DNA of 33,034 bases, taken from the IMG/VR virus record IMGVR_UViG_3300033067_002175, positions 1 to 33,034 of that record; one strand, 5' to 3'. The notes below the pieces were generated by a model that saw nothing but the letters and a program-made list of their open reading frames with translations, was not told the DNA's origin and ran no database searches. This DNA is from a virus. Its lineage: Duplodnaviria > Caudoviricetes. This document shows, piece after piece, positions 23,493-33,034 of this stretch (positions within the stretch are counted from its first letter, which is position 1; every line of letters begins with the position of its first letter). The position numbers were made by a program, and so were the translations under genes.

Positions 23493-24044
23493 ATGATTGC
23501 TGAAATTTCGAATGATTTAAATATTAATTGGTCAATTTTTGAAGAGTTTGAACAGAAACTTTTAAAAGATGCTATTCATAATGGTCATCATGAACATTTG
23601 GCAGCAATTCTTTTTGATATAACTCCTGAAAAAGCTGAAGAGATTGCTAAAGTTCAACGTCAAATGAGACCAAGGGAATTTAAGTTTGAAAGTAAAGCTC
23701 AAGAAGAGTTTGAAATTTGGTGTTCACAAAATGGAATTCATGCATTAACGCCGGAAATCCAGGCTGAATGGCAAAAAAAGATTGATAAAGAAAAAGAAGA
23801 AAAACTTAAAGCTCTTGGAGGTGGGGTTATTGAAGTAAAAGCTCAAAATTTGGATGGAAGTAAAGAAATTGGAGGAACAATTACGAATGATTTGACCAAT
23901 GTGAATGGTTTAGGGCCTGCATCAATTAAACGTCTGAATGATATGAATATCAGATCTATTGATGAACTTCGTAAACTTTCACAAGAGGATCGAAAAAAGA
24001 TTCTTGGGCCTTTAGTAGCTGGAAAACTTAAAAACTTAATTTAA
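23493..24044 (+). CDS. Protein with a C-terminal helix-hairpin-helix domain
   Basis: DLTNVNGLGPASIKRL.D.NI.SIDEL. Confidence 0.7.
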   Translation: MIAEISNDLNINWSIFEEFEQKLLKDAIHNGHHEHLAAILFDITPEKAEEIAKVQRQMRPREFKFESKAQEEFEIWCSQNGIHALTPEIQAEWQKKIDKEKEEKLKALGGGVIEVKAQNLDGSKEIGGTITNDLTNVNGLGPASIKRLNDMNIRSIDELRKLSQEDRKKILGPLVAGKLKNLI

Positions 24045-24049
24045 TTTAT

Positions 24050-25258
24050 ATGAATATTCAACGTGATATTTTCCCTCAGAGGGGAGCTGAAAGTACATCT
24101 AGCCCAAAGTTTGCTTTACCAGTAATTGATCAAACAGCTGCTCAATTTATTTCAAATACTTTTACAGCAGGAACAGATTTTACGGTTCCATCAGGAGTAG
24201 CAGGGGCAAGTGTAAAGATTCAACTTCCTCAAAGACCAATTTTGGGAAATTTTGGAAGAACAGGATCGTTTGGAAATACGACTTTGGTTCTTGCAGGAGC
24301 TATAGCTACGACTTTGGCAACCGAGGTAGCTTTTATTGCTGATTCAAGTAATCAAGGTGGTGATGTGACTACCTTATCAAATGGTCAATTTATGGTTGAT
24401 TATGAAACAGCAACCATTTACGGAAAACGAGCAGATAATGCCACCACAGGGACAGCTGCTTATGGTTATCTTGCAAAAGGATCGGTTAGCGGAACAGGAG
24501 CGAATGCAAATCAAGTCCAAGGAAATGCAGCCTCGGGAGCAACCGATTCAGGTAATCCTGTAAAGATTGGTGGGGTTTATAATTCAACTCAACCCACTTT
24601 TACTACTGGTCAGCGTGGAGATGCCCAAGTAGATCAAAGGGGAAATTTAAAAGTTGCAATTTATACCAGGGATGGAGTAACAGGGGCCGGTGTTGGTGTC
24701 GCAGGAGTTGACTCTTTAACAAATTCCCAGTCTGGCCTTGTGACTTATTCACTTTTATCATCTTATAATGGAACAACTTGGGATCGAATTAGATCTGGAC
24801 AAACAACACCCACAACAACCTTAACAGGATTTACAAATAGTTTACCGTGGGCAATTTATCATACTTCTCCTACTGCTCGTACAGATGGACAGGGGGGGCC
24901 TGCAGAAGCAGATGCAAATGGAAATTTGCAGACAAATTTGAATTCGCTTATATCCGGTGAGTTCCAGGGAGCATCTCAATCTCTAAGTCGCATGAGAACA
25001 TCACGAGTTCTTACTCCAACCAGAATTACTACAGCAACAACGACTACAGTTGTAAGCGGCGGCGGATCATTAGGAATGATTTTTATCGAATCTGTTTTAA
25101 CTGGAACAGTGACTTTTAGTGATAACGGAGTCACAAAATTAATCCTTCCCGTTGGTACTCCAGCTGGCTCGAATCCATTGAATTTTGGGTTTACTGTTGA
25201 CTGTACGATTGTTACTTCTGCGGCCGATAGGATTGTTGTGGGAACTGAACCAAATTAA
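24050..25258 (+). CDS. Virion structural protein (G/T/A-rich)
   Basis: GATDSGNPVKIGG, YNGTTWDR motifs; structural module context. Confidence 0.65.
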   Translation: MNIQRDIFPQRGAESTSSPKFALPVIDQTAAQFISNTFTAGTDFTVPSGVAGASVKIQLPQRPILGNFGRTGSFGNTTLVLAGAIATTLATEVAFIADSSNQGGDVTTLSNGQFMVDYETATIYGKRADNATTGTAAYGYLAKGSVSGTGANANQVQGNAASGATDSGNPVKIGGVYNSTQPTFTTGQRGDAQVDQRGNLKVAIYTRDGVTGAGVGVAGVDSLTNSQSGLVTYSLLSSYNGTTWDRIRSGQTTPTTTLTGFTNSLPWAIYHTSPTARTDGQGGPAEADANGNLQTNLNSLISGEFQGASQSLSRMRTSRVLTPTRITTATTTTVVSGGGSLGMIFIESVLTGTVTFSDNGVTKLILPVGTPAGSNPLNFGFTVDCTIVTSAADRIVVGTEPN

Positions 25259-25268
25259 TTATTTTAAT

Positions 25269-26285
25269 ATGAGTCGATCAATCTTATCACGAGTTAGGTT
25301 ACATGGTACAATTCGTTCTCCTTTAAATAGGATAAGAACAGTGGCAGCTGCAAGAACAGCTGAAGGGACTATTGATCCTCGTACGGTGCCTCAGCTCATG
25401 GCCGGAGGAATTTGGATTCCAAGTTTAGGTGTTACTAGTTTAGGAGGCGGAAATCGTGCTTGGGCTTCACAAGCTACACAAACCAATTCATTTACCGATA
25501 CAAATTCTCCAAGTAAGCCTGTTCTTACGGCTGCTTCAAATGGAGTGGCTGTTTGGGATGTTTCTCAATCTGGAGCAGGTTTGCAATCATGCTGGGCAAT
25601 TATGTCACCGGATACAGCATTACGATTTTTGCAAAAAGGTACTTATGCAGTTTGGGCAAAAGGAGCTTTGACAGCAAGCCAACTTTATTTGTGGAGTCAA
25701 GCTCCTGAAGGATATGGCGGAACTTTACCAACTAATAATCGTTTTGTTCTCTGGTATAACCCTCTTGATGCAACTCTAAACGGAGCAAAATTCTCATCAA
25801 ACATCTCTTTTCTTGGAAGTTTCGCTGATGTTGGCAACACGCCAAATCTCCCCGGTCGTGCAAAAGCCAACTTTGGAAATGGTTTATTTGATCCTCGTTT
25901 ATGGCATTTTTATGTACTTCGATGGGATTCTTCAAAAACAAATTATGTAGGGAGTGGAGGAGAAGATTTATCACATAGATGGGAATTTTACATCGATGGA
26001 ATTTGGCAAGAGGGCGATGGCTGGAGTGCTCCACCTCAAGGAACAAATTTGTATATTGAAGCAAAAGATTACCGTGATCCAGCAAATGGGGGGCCAGTTC
26101 AGGCATTTGCGCCATATTATGGTTTAGCGGATTCAACAGCTCCATTAGTATTGGGAGCTCAAAATTATGCTGGAGTAGCACAATGGCCAGGATTGATCGG
26201 GCCAACATATATTTTTAATGAAGAAAGCGGCGCTGTGTCTGATTCTATTTTAAGTGGAGTTATGAATTTCATGCGTCCAGTATAA
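25269..26285 (+). CDS. LamG/concanavalin-A-like domain protein (candidate glycan binding)
   Basis: TYAVWAK, WHFYVLRWD, FYIDG, LVLGA, W.G.IG..YIFN motifs; ATG at 25269 preferred. Confidence 0.65.
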   Translation: MSRSILSRVRLHGTIRSPLNRIRTVAAARTAEGTIDPRTVPQLMAGGIWIPSLGVTSLGGGNRAWASQATQTNSFTDTNSPSKPVLTAASNGVAVWDVSQSGAGLQSCWAIMSPDTALRFLQKGTYAVWAKGALTASQLYLWSQAPEGYGGTLPTNNRFVLWYNPLDATLNGAKFSSNISFLGSFADVGNTPNLPGRAKANFGNGLFDPRLWHFYVLRWDSSKTNYVGSGGEDLSHRWEFYIDGIWQEGDGWSAPPQGTNLYIEAKDYRDPANGGPVQAFAPYYGLADSTAPLVLGAQNYAGVAQWPGLIGPTYIFNEESGAVSDSILSGVMNFMRPV

Positions 26286-26302
26286 TTTAATATTTAATAA
26301 TA

Positions 26303-27187
26303 ATGGGAACATCTTACTTTGGATCAGATATAGATTTTCAGGCATTACAAAACCTGACTTTACGTGAACTTAGAGAGCCTGAGTCCACAGGCTCTGAAGC
26401 TGTGCCAGTTGAACTTGTAAAAGATACCATAAATATGGTTTACGCTGAGGCTTTCAATGATCAGCGCATGAAACAATCAGCGAGAGAGAATGATATATCA
26501 TTTAATCTTGCAAATGACACTATTTTAGATGCGGATGCAGCGGTTGGAGCTACAAGTCTTATTTTACAAGACTCAAGTAGTTTTAGAACAAGTGCAAAGG
26601 TTCTTCTTTTGAGTGAAATCGCGACATATACAGGGAATAATGGTACAACCACGCTGACGGGTGTCTCTGGCATTGATATAATTCATTATTCAGGAGAAGT
26701 AGTAAGGCAACTATATCCGCTCTCTAGCATAGCTTCTGATATTGAATCTGAATCTATTCAGTATTTGGATGTAAACGGTATTCCTCAGCAGTTTATGGCT
26801 TATGAGAACCTGATTACTGCAATAAATTTTTATCCAAATTCATATTCAATTTATAAAGGTAATTTAATTTTTTCACGTCAATCTACTATCGGAGGAACTC
26901 AGGTAGTTGCCGATGTCTTGATGATTTATACACAAAAAGTTACTCCTTTAAGCGCAGACACAGATAAACCGTCTCTTATTCCGAATAGCTGGAGAATACC
27001 TATCTTAGTTTATGGAGCTGCCATGAAGATAGCTGCTTCTGATGCTTATAGAACCTCTTGGGATTGGTGGGAATCTAAATATAAAGAGGCTCTTTCTCAG
27101 TATATAGCATTTAAAAATACACGCGTTAAAGACGTTAATAACAAACGTAGACCTTCGGTTTACGGTACTTTTTCACTTTCACGCTGA
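26303..27187 (+). CDS. Head-tail adaptor (podovirus-type)
   Basis: INMVY.E, Y..K...LS.DTD.P.LIP..W..ILVYGA motifs; position. Confidence 0.65.
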   Translation: MGTSYFGSDIDFQALQNLTLRELREPESTGSEAVPVELVKDTINMVYAEAFNDQRMKQSARENDISFNLANDTILDADAAVGATSLILQDSSSFRTSAKVLLLSEIATYTGNNGTTTLTGVSGIDIIHYSGEVVRQLYPLSSIASDIESESIQYLDVNGIPQQFMAYENLITAINFYPNSYSIYKGNLIFSRQSTIGGTQVVADVLMIYTQKVTPLSADTDKPSLIPNSWRIPILVYGAAMKIAASDAYRTSWDWWESKYKEALSQYIAFKNTRVKDVNNKRRPSVYGTFSLSR

Positions 27188-27399
27188 TGTCTCCAAAAAC
27201 CCTTACATTATTGAATGAAAATCAGATCTATGTTTCTTGGGGAATATTAATAGGGATTATTACCATAACAGCTATTGCTGTCAAAATTATGTTTCAACTT
27301 GATCAATTAACTCCTCTCATTAAATGGAAATCACAAATAGATCAAAATTTAGCTCTTATTAATTACAAACTCGATATTTCCCCTAACAATCAAGAATAA
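27187..27399 (+). CDS. Single-TM small protein (holin-like?)
   Basis: WGILIGIITITAIAV helix; TGATG coupling. Confidence 0.55.
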   Translation: MSPKTLTLLNENQIYVSWGILIGIITITAIAVKIMFQLDQLTPLIKWKSQIDQNLALINYKLDISPNNQE

Positions 27400-27515
27400 T
27401 GAAAATGACAAAAAAACCTAACCCCAAAATGGCTTTAAAAACTAAACAGGATCGAAAATATAAATTAGTTCCGAAACCATCAACTCCTTATAAAAAATCT
27501 CGTTATACAGCCTAA
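27399..27515 (+). CDS. 38-aa highly basic K/P-rich peptide
   Basis: Translated by hand: MKMTKKPNPKMALKTKQDRKYKLVPKPSTPYKKSRYTA; TAATG coupling; ends 2 nt before the next ATG. Confidence 0.55.
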   Translation: MKMTKKPNPKMALKTKQDRKYKLVPKPSTPYKKSRYTA

Positions 27516-27517
27516 AT

Positions 27518-29359
27518 ATGGAAAAAGGTTTACGTACTAAAAATTTAAAATTTTTCACCGGCATGGAGAATTATGAAGAATCCAATGCTGTGCCTGAAGA
27601 TAAATTTTATTTTGCCCAGAATGCTCGATTTGCTGGGAAAGTTTTAAGTTCTAAAAACGGATTTCAAGCTTTGGGAGATCTTTTAGTTGGAGGAACAAAA
27701 TTCCAAGGTACTTATGAATATAATTATTTTGATGGAACGACTGAATATAATAAATTGATTGGATTCTATAATAGAAGTTTTTATGAATTCAATGAAGCAA
27801 CACAAGTATGGGACATCATTTCAACTGTATGGCCGAATATTCAAGATTCTTATGCTGATGGCGTAGTTTATGGAAATGCTTTATATGTCGTCGGAGATAC
27901 CAATAAAAATGGGAATGGGGTTGGAAAAGTTTTCAGTGGTATAGATTTTGTTTTTACGGTTGCGGGAATCGTAACGACTCCATCAATCAATGCAGTTTAT
28001 CAAAATGCAGCCGGTTCACAATTTGTTGTAATTGCCACTAATATTGTGGCCGGAGCTGGTACAGTCACAATGAAACGTCAAATTACAGTGACCGATCCAG
28101 CTGCAGCAGGTACTTTAGATTTGGCAGGAGGTGGTACAGGCGATGCGACTTTAACATATTCAAGTTTCACAAAAGCTTCTTCAATAACAACCAGTTTTAC
28201 AGTAATTGATGGAAGTTCGGAAGGTATTGGCATTGAAGCATATCTTGAAAGGCTTGTGGTAATAGGTGATCCTTCTTTCACGGGCATGATTTTGATGTCA
28301 CAACCTTCTACGAGCCCGGCTGATCATTATAAAGTTGAAAATTTTGATACTACGACTGGCGCAACGTATTTTACAGCAGCTAAAAATACGTTTTTAAAAG
28401 CGGTTCGGGTATTAAATGACTCAATTTATTATTGGTCTTTATATTCTCTTTTTCAACATACTCGTCAAGATATAATTGATGGCAATAATCCAAAAGAAAT
28501 TTCCAGGACAGGCGGAGCAGTCAATCAGAAATCAACTTTTGTAATTGAAAATGATGTTTGGTTTATTACAGCTTCAAATGAAATCCGAAGCCTTGGAACA
28601 GAACGGAATTTAGGTACTGATCCAAGAACTAAAGCTCTTTCAGAAATTATTAAAAGAAGTATGAATTTGCTTGAAGCTGAACAAGATAATCCTGTAATGA
28701 TTTACAATAAACGTGTTGTAAAATTGAATCTAAAAACCAAAGGTTCACCAACAAACAATTTCACGATTATTTTTGACTATAATACTGGTGGTTTTTCGAT
28801 TGATCGTGGTCAAGCTGTCAACGTTAATGTTGTTTGGAAAGGATATATTGTTTATGGAGAAGATTCTACTGGGCAAGCCTTCTTAGATGATACAGGATTC
28901 ACGTTTAATGGAGCAGAATTTGCTTTTCAGGCCTATACACCTTTTATGGATGATGGCCGTCCTGATACGTTTAAAAGAGCACGTTATATTTATTTTAGAG
29001 GTCAATTTAGTTATCAACAGGGAGCAACTTTGAGACTTTATAGAGATGGCAAGTATAGCGTTTATTCTGATTATCCTTTACCATCTCCTGAAGCAAGTGG
29101 AGTCCCTTTAGCTTCAGCAATTAACGATGGTGAATGGGGTCAAGCTCAATTTGGTGAAGCGCCTTGGGGTGGTACGCCAACAGATACAGGAGAAGAAATT
29201 GCTATGTATCGAATTGAGAAACTTATTTCAGTTGATCGCAGATCAAACCTTTTTGCGATAGGCATTTTGGCTGATATCGATGCTGGAAAAGTTGTTACTG
29301 AACAGCTTTTATTAAAGCTAATTGATGAAAATGAAAATTATAAGCGAGCTGATATTTAA
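27518..29359 (+). CDS. Tail nozzle/stabilisation protein (P22 gp10-like beta-propeller)
   Basis: 613 aa, F.G...AQN.RF start, G.VNQKS...IEN.VWF, LSE.I, IFDY motifs; position. Confidence 0.65.
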   Translation: MEKGLRTKNLKFFTGMENYEESNAVPEDKFYFAQNARFAGKVLSSKNGFQALGDLLVGGTKFQGTYEYNYFDGTTEYNKLIGFYNRSFYEFNEATQVWDIISTVWPNIQDSYADGVVYGNALYVVGDTNKNGNGVGKVFSGIDFVFTVAGIVTTPSINAVYQNAAGSQFVVIATNIVAGAGTVTMKRQITVTDPAAAGTLDLAGGGTGDATLTYSSFTKASSITTSFTVIDGSSEGIGIEAYLERLVVIGDPSFTGMILMSQPSTSPADHYKVENFDTTTGATYFTAAKNTFLKAVRVLNDSIYYWSLYSLFQHTRQDIIDGNNPKEISRTGGAVNQKSTFVIENDVWFITASNEIRSLGTERNLGTDPRTKALSEIIKRSMNLLEAEQDNPVMIYNKRVVKLNLKTKGSPTNNFTIIFDYNTGGFSIDRGQAVNVNVVWKGYIVYGEDSTGQAFLDDTGFTFNGAEFAFQAYTPFMDDGRPDTFKRARYIYFRGQFSYQQGATLRLYRDGKYSVYSDYPLPSPEASGVPLASAINDGEWGQAQFGEAPWGGTPTDTGEEIAMYRIEKLISVDRRSNLFAIGILADIDAGKVVTEQLLLKLIDENENYKRADI

Positions 29360-29368
29360 CCCAAACTT

Positions 29369-30955
29369 ATGCAATACCCACAAACACGATATAAAGATAG
29401 TCTTTCAGTAGGAATAAGCGGATCAGCTCTTAGTATGACCGCTGCAAGTGTACCTCCTACTCGAACACAGGGAATTTTAACAATCGGGAAAGATCAGTCA
29501 AATACCGAGGATGTTTATTATACGAATGTAGCGGGGAATGTTATTACTATAAGCCTCCGAGGTCTTTCACAAACAGCGCTCACGCTTACAAACATAGCTG
29601 GTAATCAGAAGGTTCATAATGCAAATGAGAGTCTCGAAATGACAACTCATCATAATTATGACACTGATAAACCTAGAATTGATGAAAACGATACCATTAC
29701 AGGAGTTTGGTTATTTCAAAATAAATTTAAAACGGCTGGTCTGCTTGATGCCAGTGGAAATGAGTCTATTGATACTCCTGCTACTGGAAGTGCTGTAAAC
29801 CAATTGTCAGTCCAGAATGCCGCTACGGCAAATAATGTCATTGTAACCACGGCTGGAGATGATACAAATATTAATCTTGAACTTCAAGCAAAAGGATCAG
29901 GTATTGTTATTCTTGAAAATGGAGCACAAACAAAAACCAATGCCGCTCCAGTCGCACAGGCTGATATTGCCAATAAAAAATATGTAGATGATGTGGCTGC
30001 AGCTGGGCCAAATGCCAGCACAACGGTTGCAGGAAAAGTAGAACAAGCTACTCAAGCTGAGCTTGATAATGGAACTGCGGCTGGTGGAACTACCGCGCCT
30101 TTATTTGCTTCTCCGGATATTCTCCAGGTTACAAATCAAAAAGGCGCTTTCAATTTCGGGACTACGGGCGGTGGAACTACGGCCTATACTTTGACTTTAA
30201 CACCAGCATTAACTGCCTATGTCGCTGGCCAAAGATTTTTCATAAAGATGAATGCCACAAATACTGGAGCATCTACTTTGAATGTGAATGGACTTGGTGC
30301 AAAAACTATAAAGAAATTTACTGGAACCGATGTAGCTTCTGGAGATTTGTTAATTAATTCTATTGTTGAACTTGTTTATGATGGTACAAATCTTTTAATT
30401 TTAAGTACCACAAGTCCTTATCAATTTTTGACTACCAAAGGTGATCTTATTGTTGCTACTGCAGCAGGTATTATTGACCGTTTCCATGGAACAGATGGTC
30501 AAACTTTGGTATTCGATTCTTCTCAAACACTTGGCATAAAATCTGCAATCCCTCCTTTATCTTCTGCGAATTCTTCTTCTAAAATATCTTCAAGAAATGG
30601 AAATACTGCAAGTGGAACTCAGACAATAGCTCATGGACTGGCAACAACTCCCGTAGAAGTAACAGTTTTTGCACGATATGGAGACAGTGGTGCAAATCCT
30701 AATCTTTGTGAATCGCAAGGATTTTGGAACGGTACGGCAAACTCAATTTTCAGTACATCTAAAACATCCGCTGGAGCTTTTGTAGCTGGAGGAGGCCAAA
30801 CTCCAAATGAATTAATCCATATTCTATCGGGAGATGGGGGGACTCAAAGTGCGACTGTTTCTTCAATCGACGGCACAAATATTGTTTTAAGTTGGACTTT
30901 AGTCGGAACAGTTCATAACGACAGTATCGACTTTTTATTAATTTTTAAAGGGTAA
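29369..30955 (+). CDS. Tail fibre protein
   Basis: ANKKYVD, ASTTVAG.VE.AT, NTGASTLNVNGLGAK, TTKGDL, IAHGL.TTP motifs. Confidence 0.8.
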   Translation: MQYPQTRYKDSLSVGISGSALSMTAASVPPTRTQGILTIGKDQSNTEDVYYTNVAGNVITISLRGLSQTALTLTNIAGNQKVHNANESLEMTTHHNYDTDKPRIDENDTITGVWLFQNKFKTAGLLDASGNESIDTPATGSAVNQLSVQNAATANNVIVTTAGDDTNINLELQAKGSGIVILENGAQTKTNAAPVAQADIANKKYVDDVAAAGPNASTTVAGKVEQATQAELDNGTAAGGTTAPLFASPDILQVTNQKGAFNFGTTGGGTTAYTLTLTPALTAYVAGQRFFIKMNATNTGASTLNVNGLGAKTIKKFTGTDVASGDLLINSIVELVYDGTNLLILSTTSPYQFLTTKGDLIVATAAGIIDRFHGTDGQTLVFDSSQTLGIKSAIPPLSSANSSSKISSRNGNTASGTQTIAHGLATTPVEVTVFARYGDSGANPNLCESQGFWNGTANSIFSTSKTSAGAFVAGGGQTPNELIHILSGDGGTQSATVSSIDGTNIVLSWTLVGTVHNDSIDFLLIFKG

Positions 30956-30958
30956 TTT

Positions 30959-33034
30959 ATGGCTTCACAAGCAATACAAGATTTAGCAGCTAAACGGCTC
31001 GCAAGCGGAGCAAGTACTAAGAATACAGCTTTACCTACGGTTGCCCCAACTCCTTCTACAAGTTCTGCACTAGGACAGGTAACGCCTTTGCCAAAATTAA
31101 GTACCAGTACAACAACCCCAGCAAAAAACAATTCAGCTTTACCTCCTGTTTCGCCAACCGCTACTCCTCAGCAACAGGCTTTAGCAAAAGCTTCCACTCA
31201 AAATGGCCTTTCTCCTCGTGAAGCTTTTACTTCAGATCAAGCTTATCAAAATTATTTGAAACGTGCTTCTGGTCAAGGGCCAACTTATACTCCGGAAACA
31301 AATCCTGATGCGTTCCCGTTAGTTCAAGTTCAAGCTCCAGTTAATTCTGTTCAATCAACTACTGCACAGCCTATTTCTCAGCCTGCTCAAACAACCAAGC
31401 CTACTGATTCTGCACAAATTCCTAGTATAACCCCTCAGAATGTAACTTCGGATGCAGATCAAATTAAAGCTGATTCCCAAACAGCTCTTGATGAAGCAAA
31501 GAAACTTCAAGATGCTAATATAGCAGGAGAAAGTGATTATCGGGATGCCTTAACGCAAAGTGCTACAGACCGCTATAATGCTGAGCAAGCAAATCTTGCA
31601 AGACTTGAATTATTACAAGGTACGGCTCTCGAAGCTCGCAATAAAGCTCTTGATATGGGGGCTGATATTCAACGTAGAGATGCCGAAATTGCTTATAATA
31701 AAGCAAAAGCTGAGTATGATCTTCAACGAAAGCGAACAGAACAAGCTTATAATGACCAAATTGTTGAACAAAAACTGAACAATACAAAGAGAACTCTTCA
31801 AGAAGAGTCTACTTTGGCAGCTTTGGGAGGTTTTGGTAGTCGTACAAAAAATAAAGAAGTTCAAGACCTTACTTTACAAAATGACCGTTTAATTAATAAT
31901 TTAGTTTTTCAAAAAGATACTGCAGATCAGGAGATTTCAGTTCAAATTCAGGGAGTAACTGATAACTATTACCAAAATCTTAATAAAATTGAGACTCAAA
32001 AACAAGCAGCAGTCCAGGAAAATTACAACAAATATCTTGAATATGTTACTAAGATTCAGGATGACCGTGAAATGTCTGAAGTTGAAAAAGAAAATGCTAT
32101 TAACGAGGCAGCTGCAAGCTATAAAAAGAATGTGGCTCAAATTAATCAGACTTCTTTTGACCAAAGATATGAAATTTCTCAAACGGCAGCTGTACAAGCT
32201 CGGCAAGTTCAAGCACAGCAAAAAGACGACGCTAGAGCTGTCTTAAAGGACGTCCTTACAACTTTTGCGCAAAGTGATGCTGAGTTAACACCCGAGCAGC
32301 AGACTCAGCTTCAAACCTTAGAGCAAAAAGCTGGTTATCCTATTGATATTGCACTTCAACAACTTCAAAATCTTAAAAAACAAGCTCAAGCTGAAAATCT
32401 TCAGATTCAAACAACTACCGATAACGCCGGGAATGTTACGGTTGTTGGAGTCGACAAAACAACTGGAGAAGTTAAAGCTCAAACTACTCTTCAGGGTATC
32501 GCAGCTTCAACAAAATATACTCTTCAATTCAATCCAGTTACCGGAGAAACTTCGGTTTTTGATCCAAGTACTGGGCAGGTTATTGCCGGAGGGTCAACTA
32601 GTGTGGCTCAAAATTACATGAGCAATACTCCTGCTGGATATCAATCAGCGGGTAATAATCTTGTTCCAAATGCTGATTTTGATAAAATTTTTGGAGTTGG
32701 AGAAAAAGGAGGTCAATGTGGCCATTATGCCAATAATATTTCTACTGGGAAAAAGGTTGGAGATTCCTGGGCAAGCAAAATAGGAGTAGCTGATATACGT
32801 CCTGATGCACAGGGAAATTTAAACCGTATTCCAGATGTTGGTGATAAGCTTGTTATTCCTTTAGGAGTAAAAACAGATTCAGATTGGGGGCATGTTGCAG
32901 TAGTAACTAATTTTGATCCTTCTTCAGGAACAATTTCAGTTGTAGAATCGAATATTCATGGAGATGAGATAGTTACAAAGGGAACTTATAATTTAGATCA
33001 GCTTAAACAAAAATTCGGGACTAATTTCGGCTTT
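30959..33034 (+). CDS. Internal virion/DNA-ejection protein with CHAP peptidoglycan-hydrolase domain; 3'-truncated by the window edge
   Basis: Absent from the track because it has no stop; ATG at 30959; P/T/Q-rich then coiled-coil; in-frame GGQCGHY (C 32717), WGHVAVV (H 32891), VVESN. Confidence 0.85.
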   Translation, partial: MASQAIQDLAAKRLASGASTKNTALPTVAPTPSTSSALGQVTPLPKLSTSTTTPAKNNSALPPVSPTATPQQQALAKASTQNGLSPREAFTSDQAYQNYLKRASGQGPTYTPETNPDAFPLVQVQAPVNSVQSTTAQPISQPAQTTKPTDSAQIPSITPQNVTSDADQIKADSQTALDEAKKLQDANIAGESDYRDALTQSATDRYNAEQANLARLELLQGTALEARNKALDMGADIQRRDAEIAYNKAKAEYDLQRKRTEQAYNDQIVEQKLNNTKRTLQEESTLAALGGFGSRTKNKEVQDLTLQNDRLINNLVFQKDTADQEISVQIQGVTDNYYQNLNKIETQKQAAVQENYNKYLEYVTKIQDDREMSEVEKENAINEAAASYKKNVAQINQTSFDQRYEISQTAAVQARQVQAQQKDDARAVLKDVLTTFAQSDAELTPEQQTQLQTLEQKAGYPIDIALQQLQNLKKQAQAENLQIQTTTDNAGNVTVVGVDKTTGEVKAQTTLQGIAASTKYTLQFNPVTGETSVFDPSTGQVIAGGSTSVAQNYMSNTPAGYQSAGNNLVPNADFDKIFGVGEKGGQCGHYANNISTGKKVGDSWASKIGVADIRPDAQGNLNRIPDVGDKLVIPLGVKTDSDWGHVAVVTNFDPSSGTISVVESNIHGDEIVTKGTYNLDQLKQKFGTNFGF

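Noticed and set aside
15355-28287. Antisense and out-of-frame ORFs within terL, portal, scaffold, capsid, fibre and nozzle genes
   Set aside because: Fully nested in well-supported genes with no independent motifs or start signals
21970-30955. Diversity-generating retroelement targeting the fibres
   Set aside because: No reverse transcriptase and no near-identical TR/VR pair differing at adenines was seen
30913-32621. Short ORFs listed in the last 2 kb
   Set aside because: Alternative-frame or antisense shadows of the long open frame starting at 30959
1-33034. Genome-wide stop-codon reassignment (code 15, 25 or 4)
   Set aside because: Long genes are intact under code 11; TGA ends genes in ATGA overlaps (2596, 7945, 9455, 13704) and TAG ends the recombinase, terL and a fibre gene at sensible positions

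Overview
A 33-kb stretch of a temperate-type, podovirus-like (P22/T7-style short tail) dsDNA phage genome in the standard genetic code. The host is probably a Patescibacteria/CPR bacterium; this is inferred from the CPR-type XerA-like recombinase and the lack of Shine-Dalgarno motifs. The left arm (1-11.5 kb, minus strand) is an early operon: replication initiator with internal iterons, DnaC-like loader, Bet-like annealase, NinB/NinG-like proteins, a pentapeptide-repeat protein split by one in-frame TAG, many small hypothetical genes and an RtcB RNA ligase. A divergent promoter region and a tyrosine recombinase (11751-12671) sit in the centre. The right arm (plus strand) encodes TerS/TerL, portal, scaffold, capsid, fibre proteins, adaptor, nozzle and a window-truncated ejection protein with a CHAP domain. 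The most notable feature is a GC-rich non-coding cluster at about 5744-6689 (minus strand). It holds three tRNA-Leu-like scaffolds whose anticodon region is replaced by unrelated multi-hairpin inserts. They lack CCA, two are closed by 20-26 bp stems, and one shows a compensatory elbow pair (G19-C56 to C19-G56). The cluster lies in the same operon as RtcB. Other signals are a terminator/antiterminator switch before the scaffold-capsid genes, a probable -1 frameshift giving a membrane-anchored muramidase, and a structured early leader. All calls are by eye; no searches or folding programs were run.
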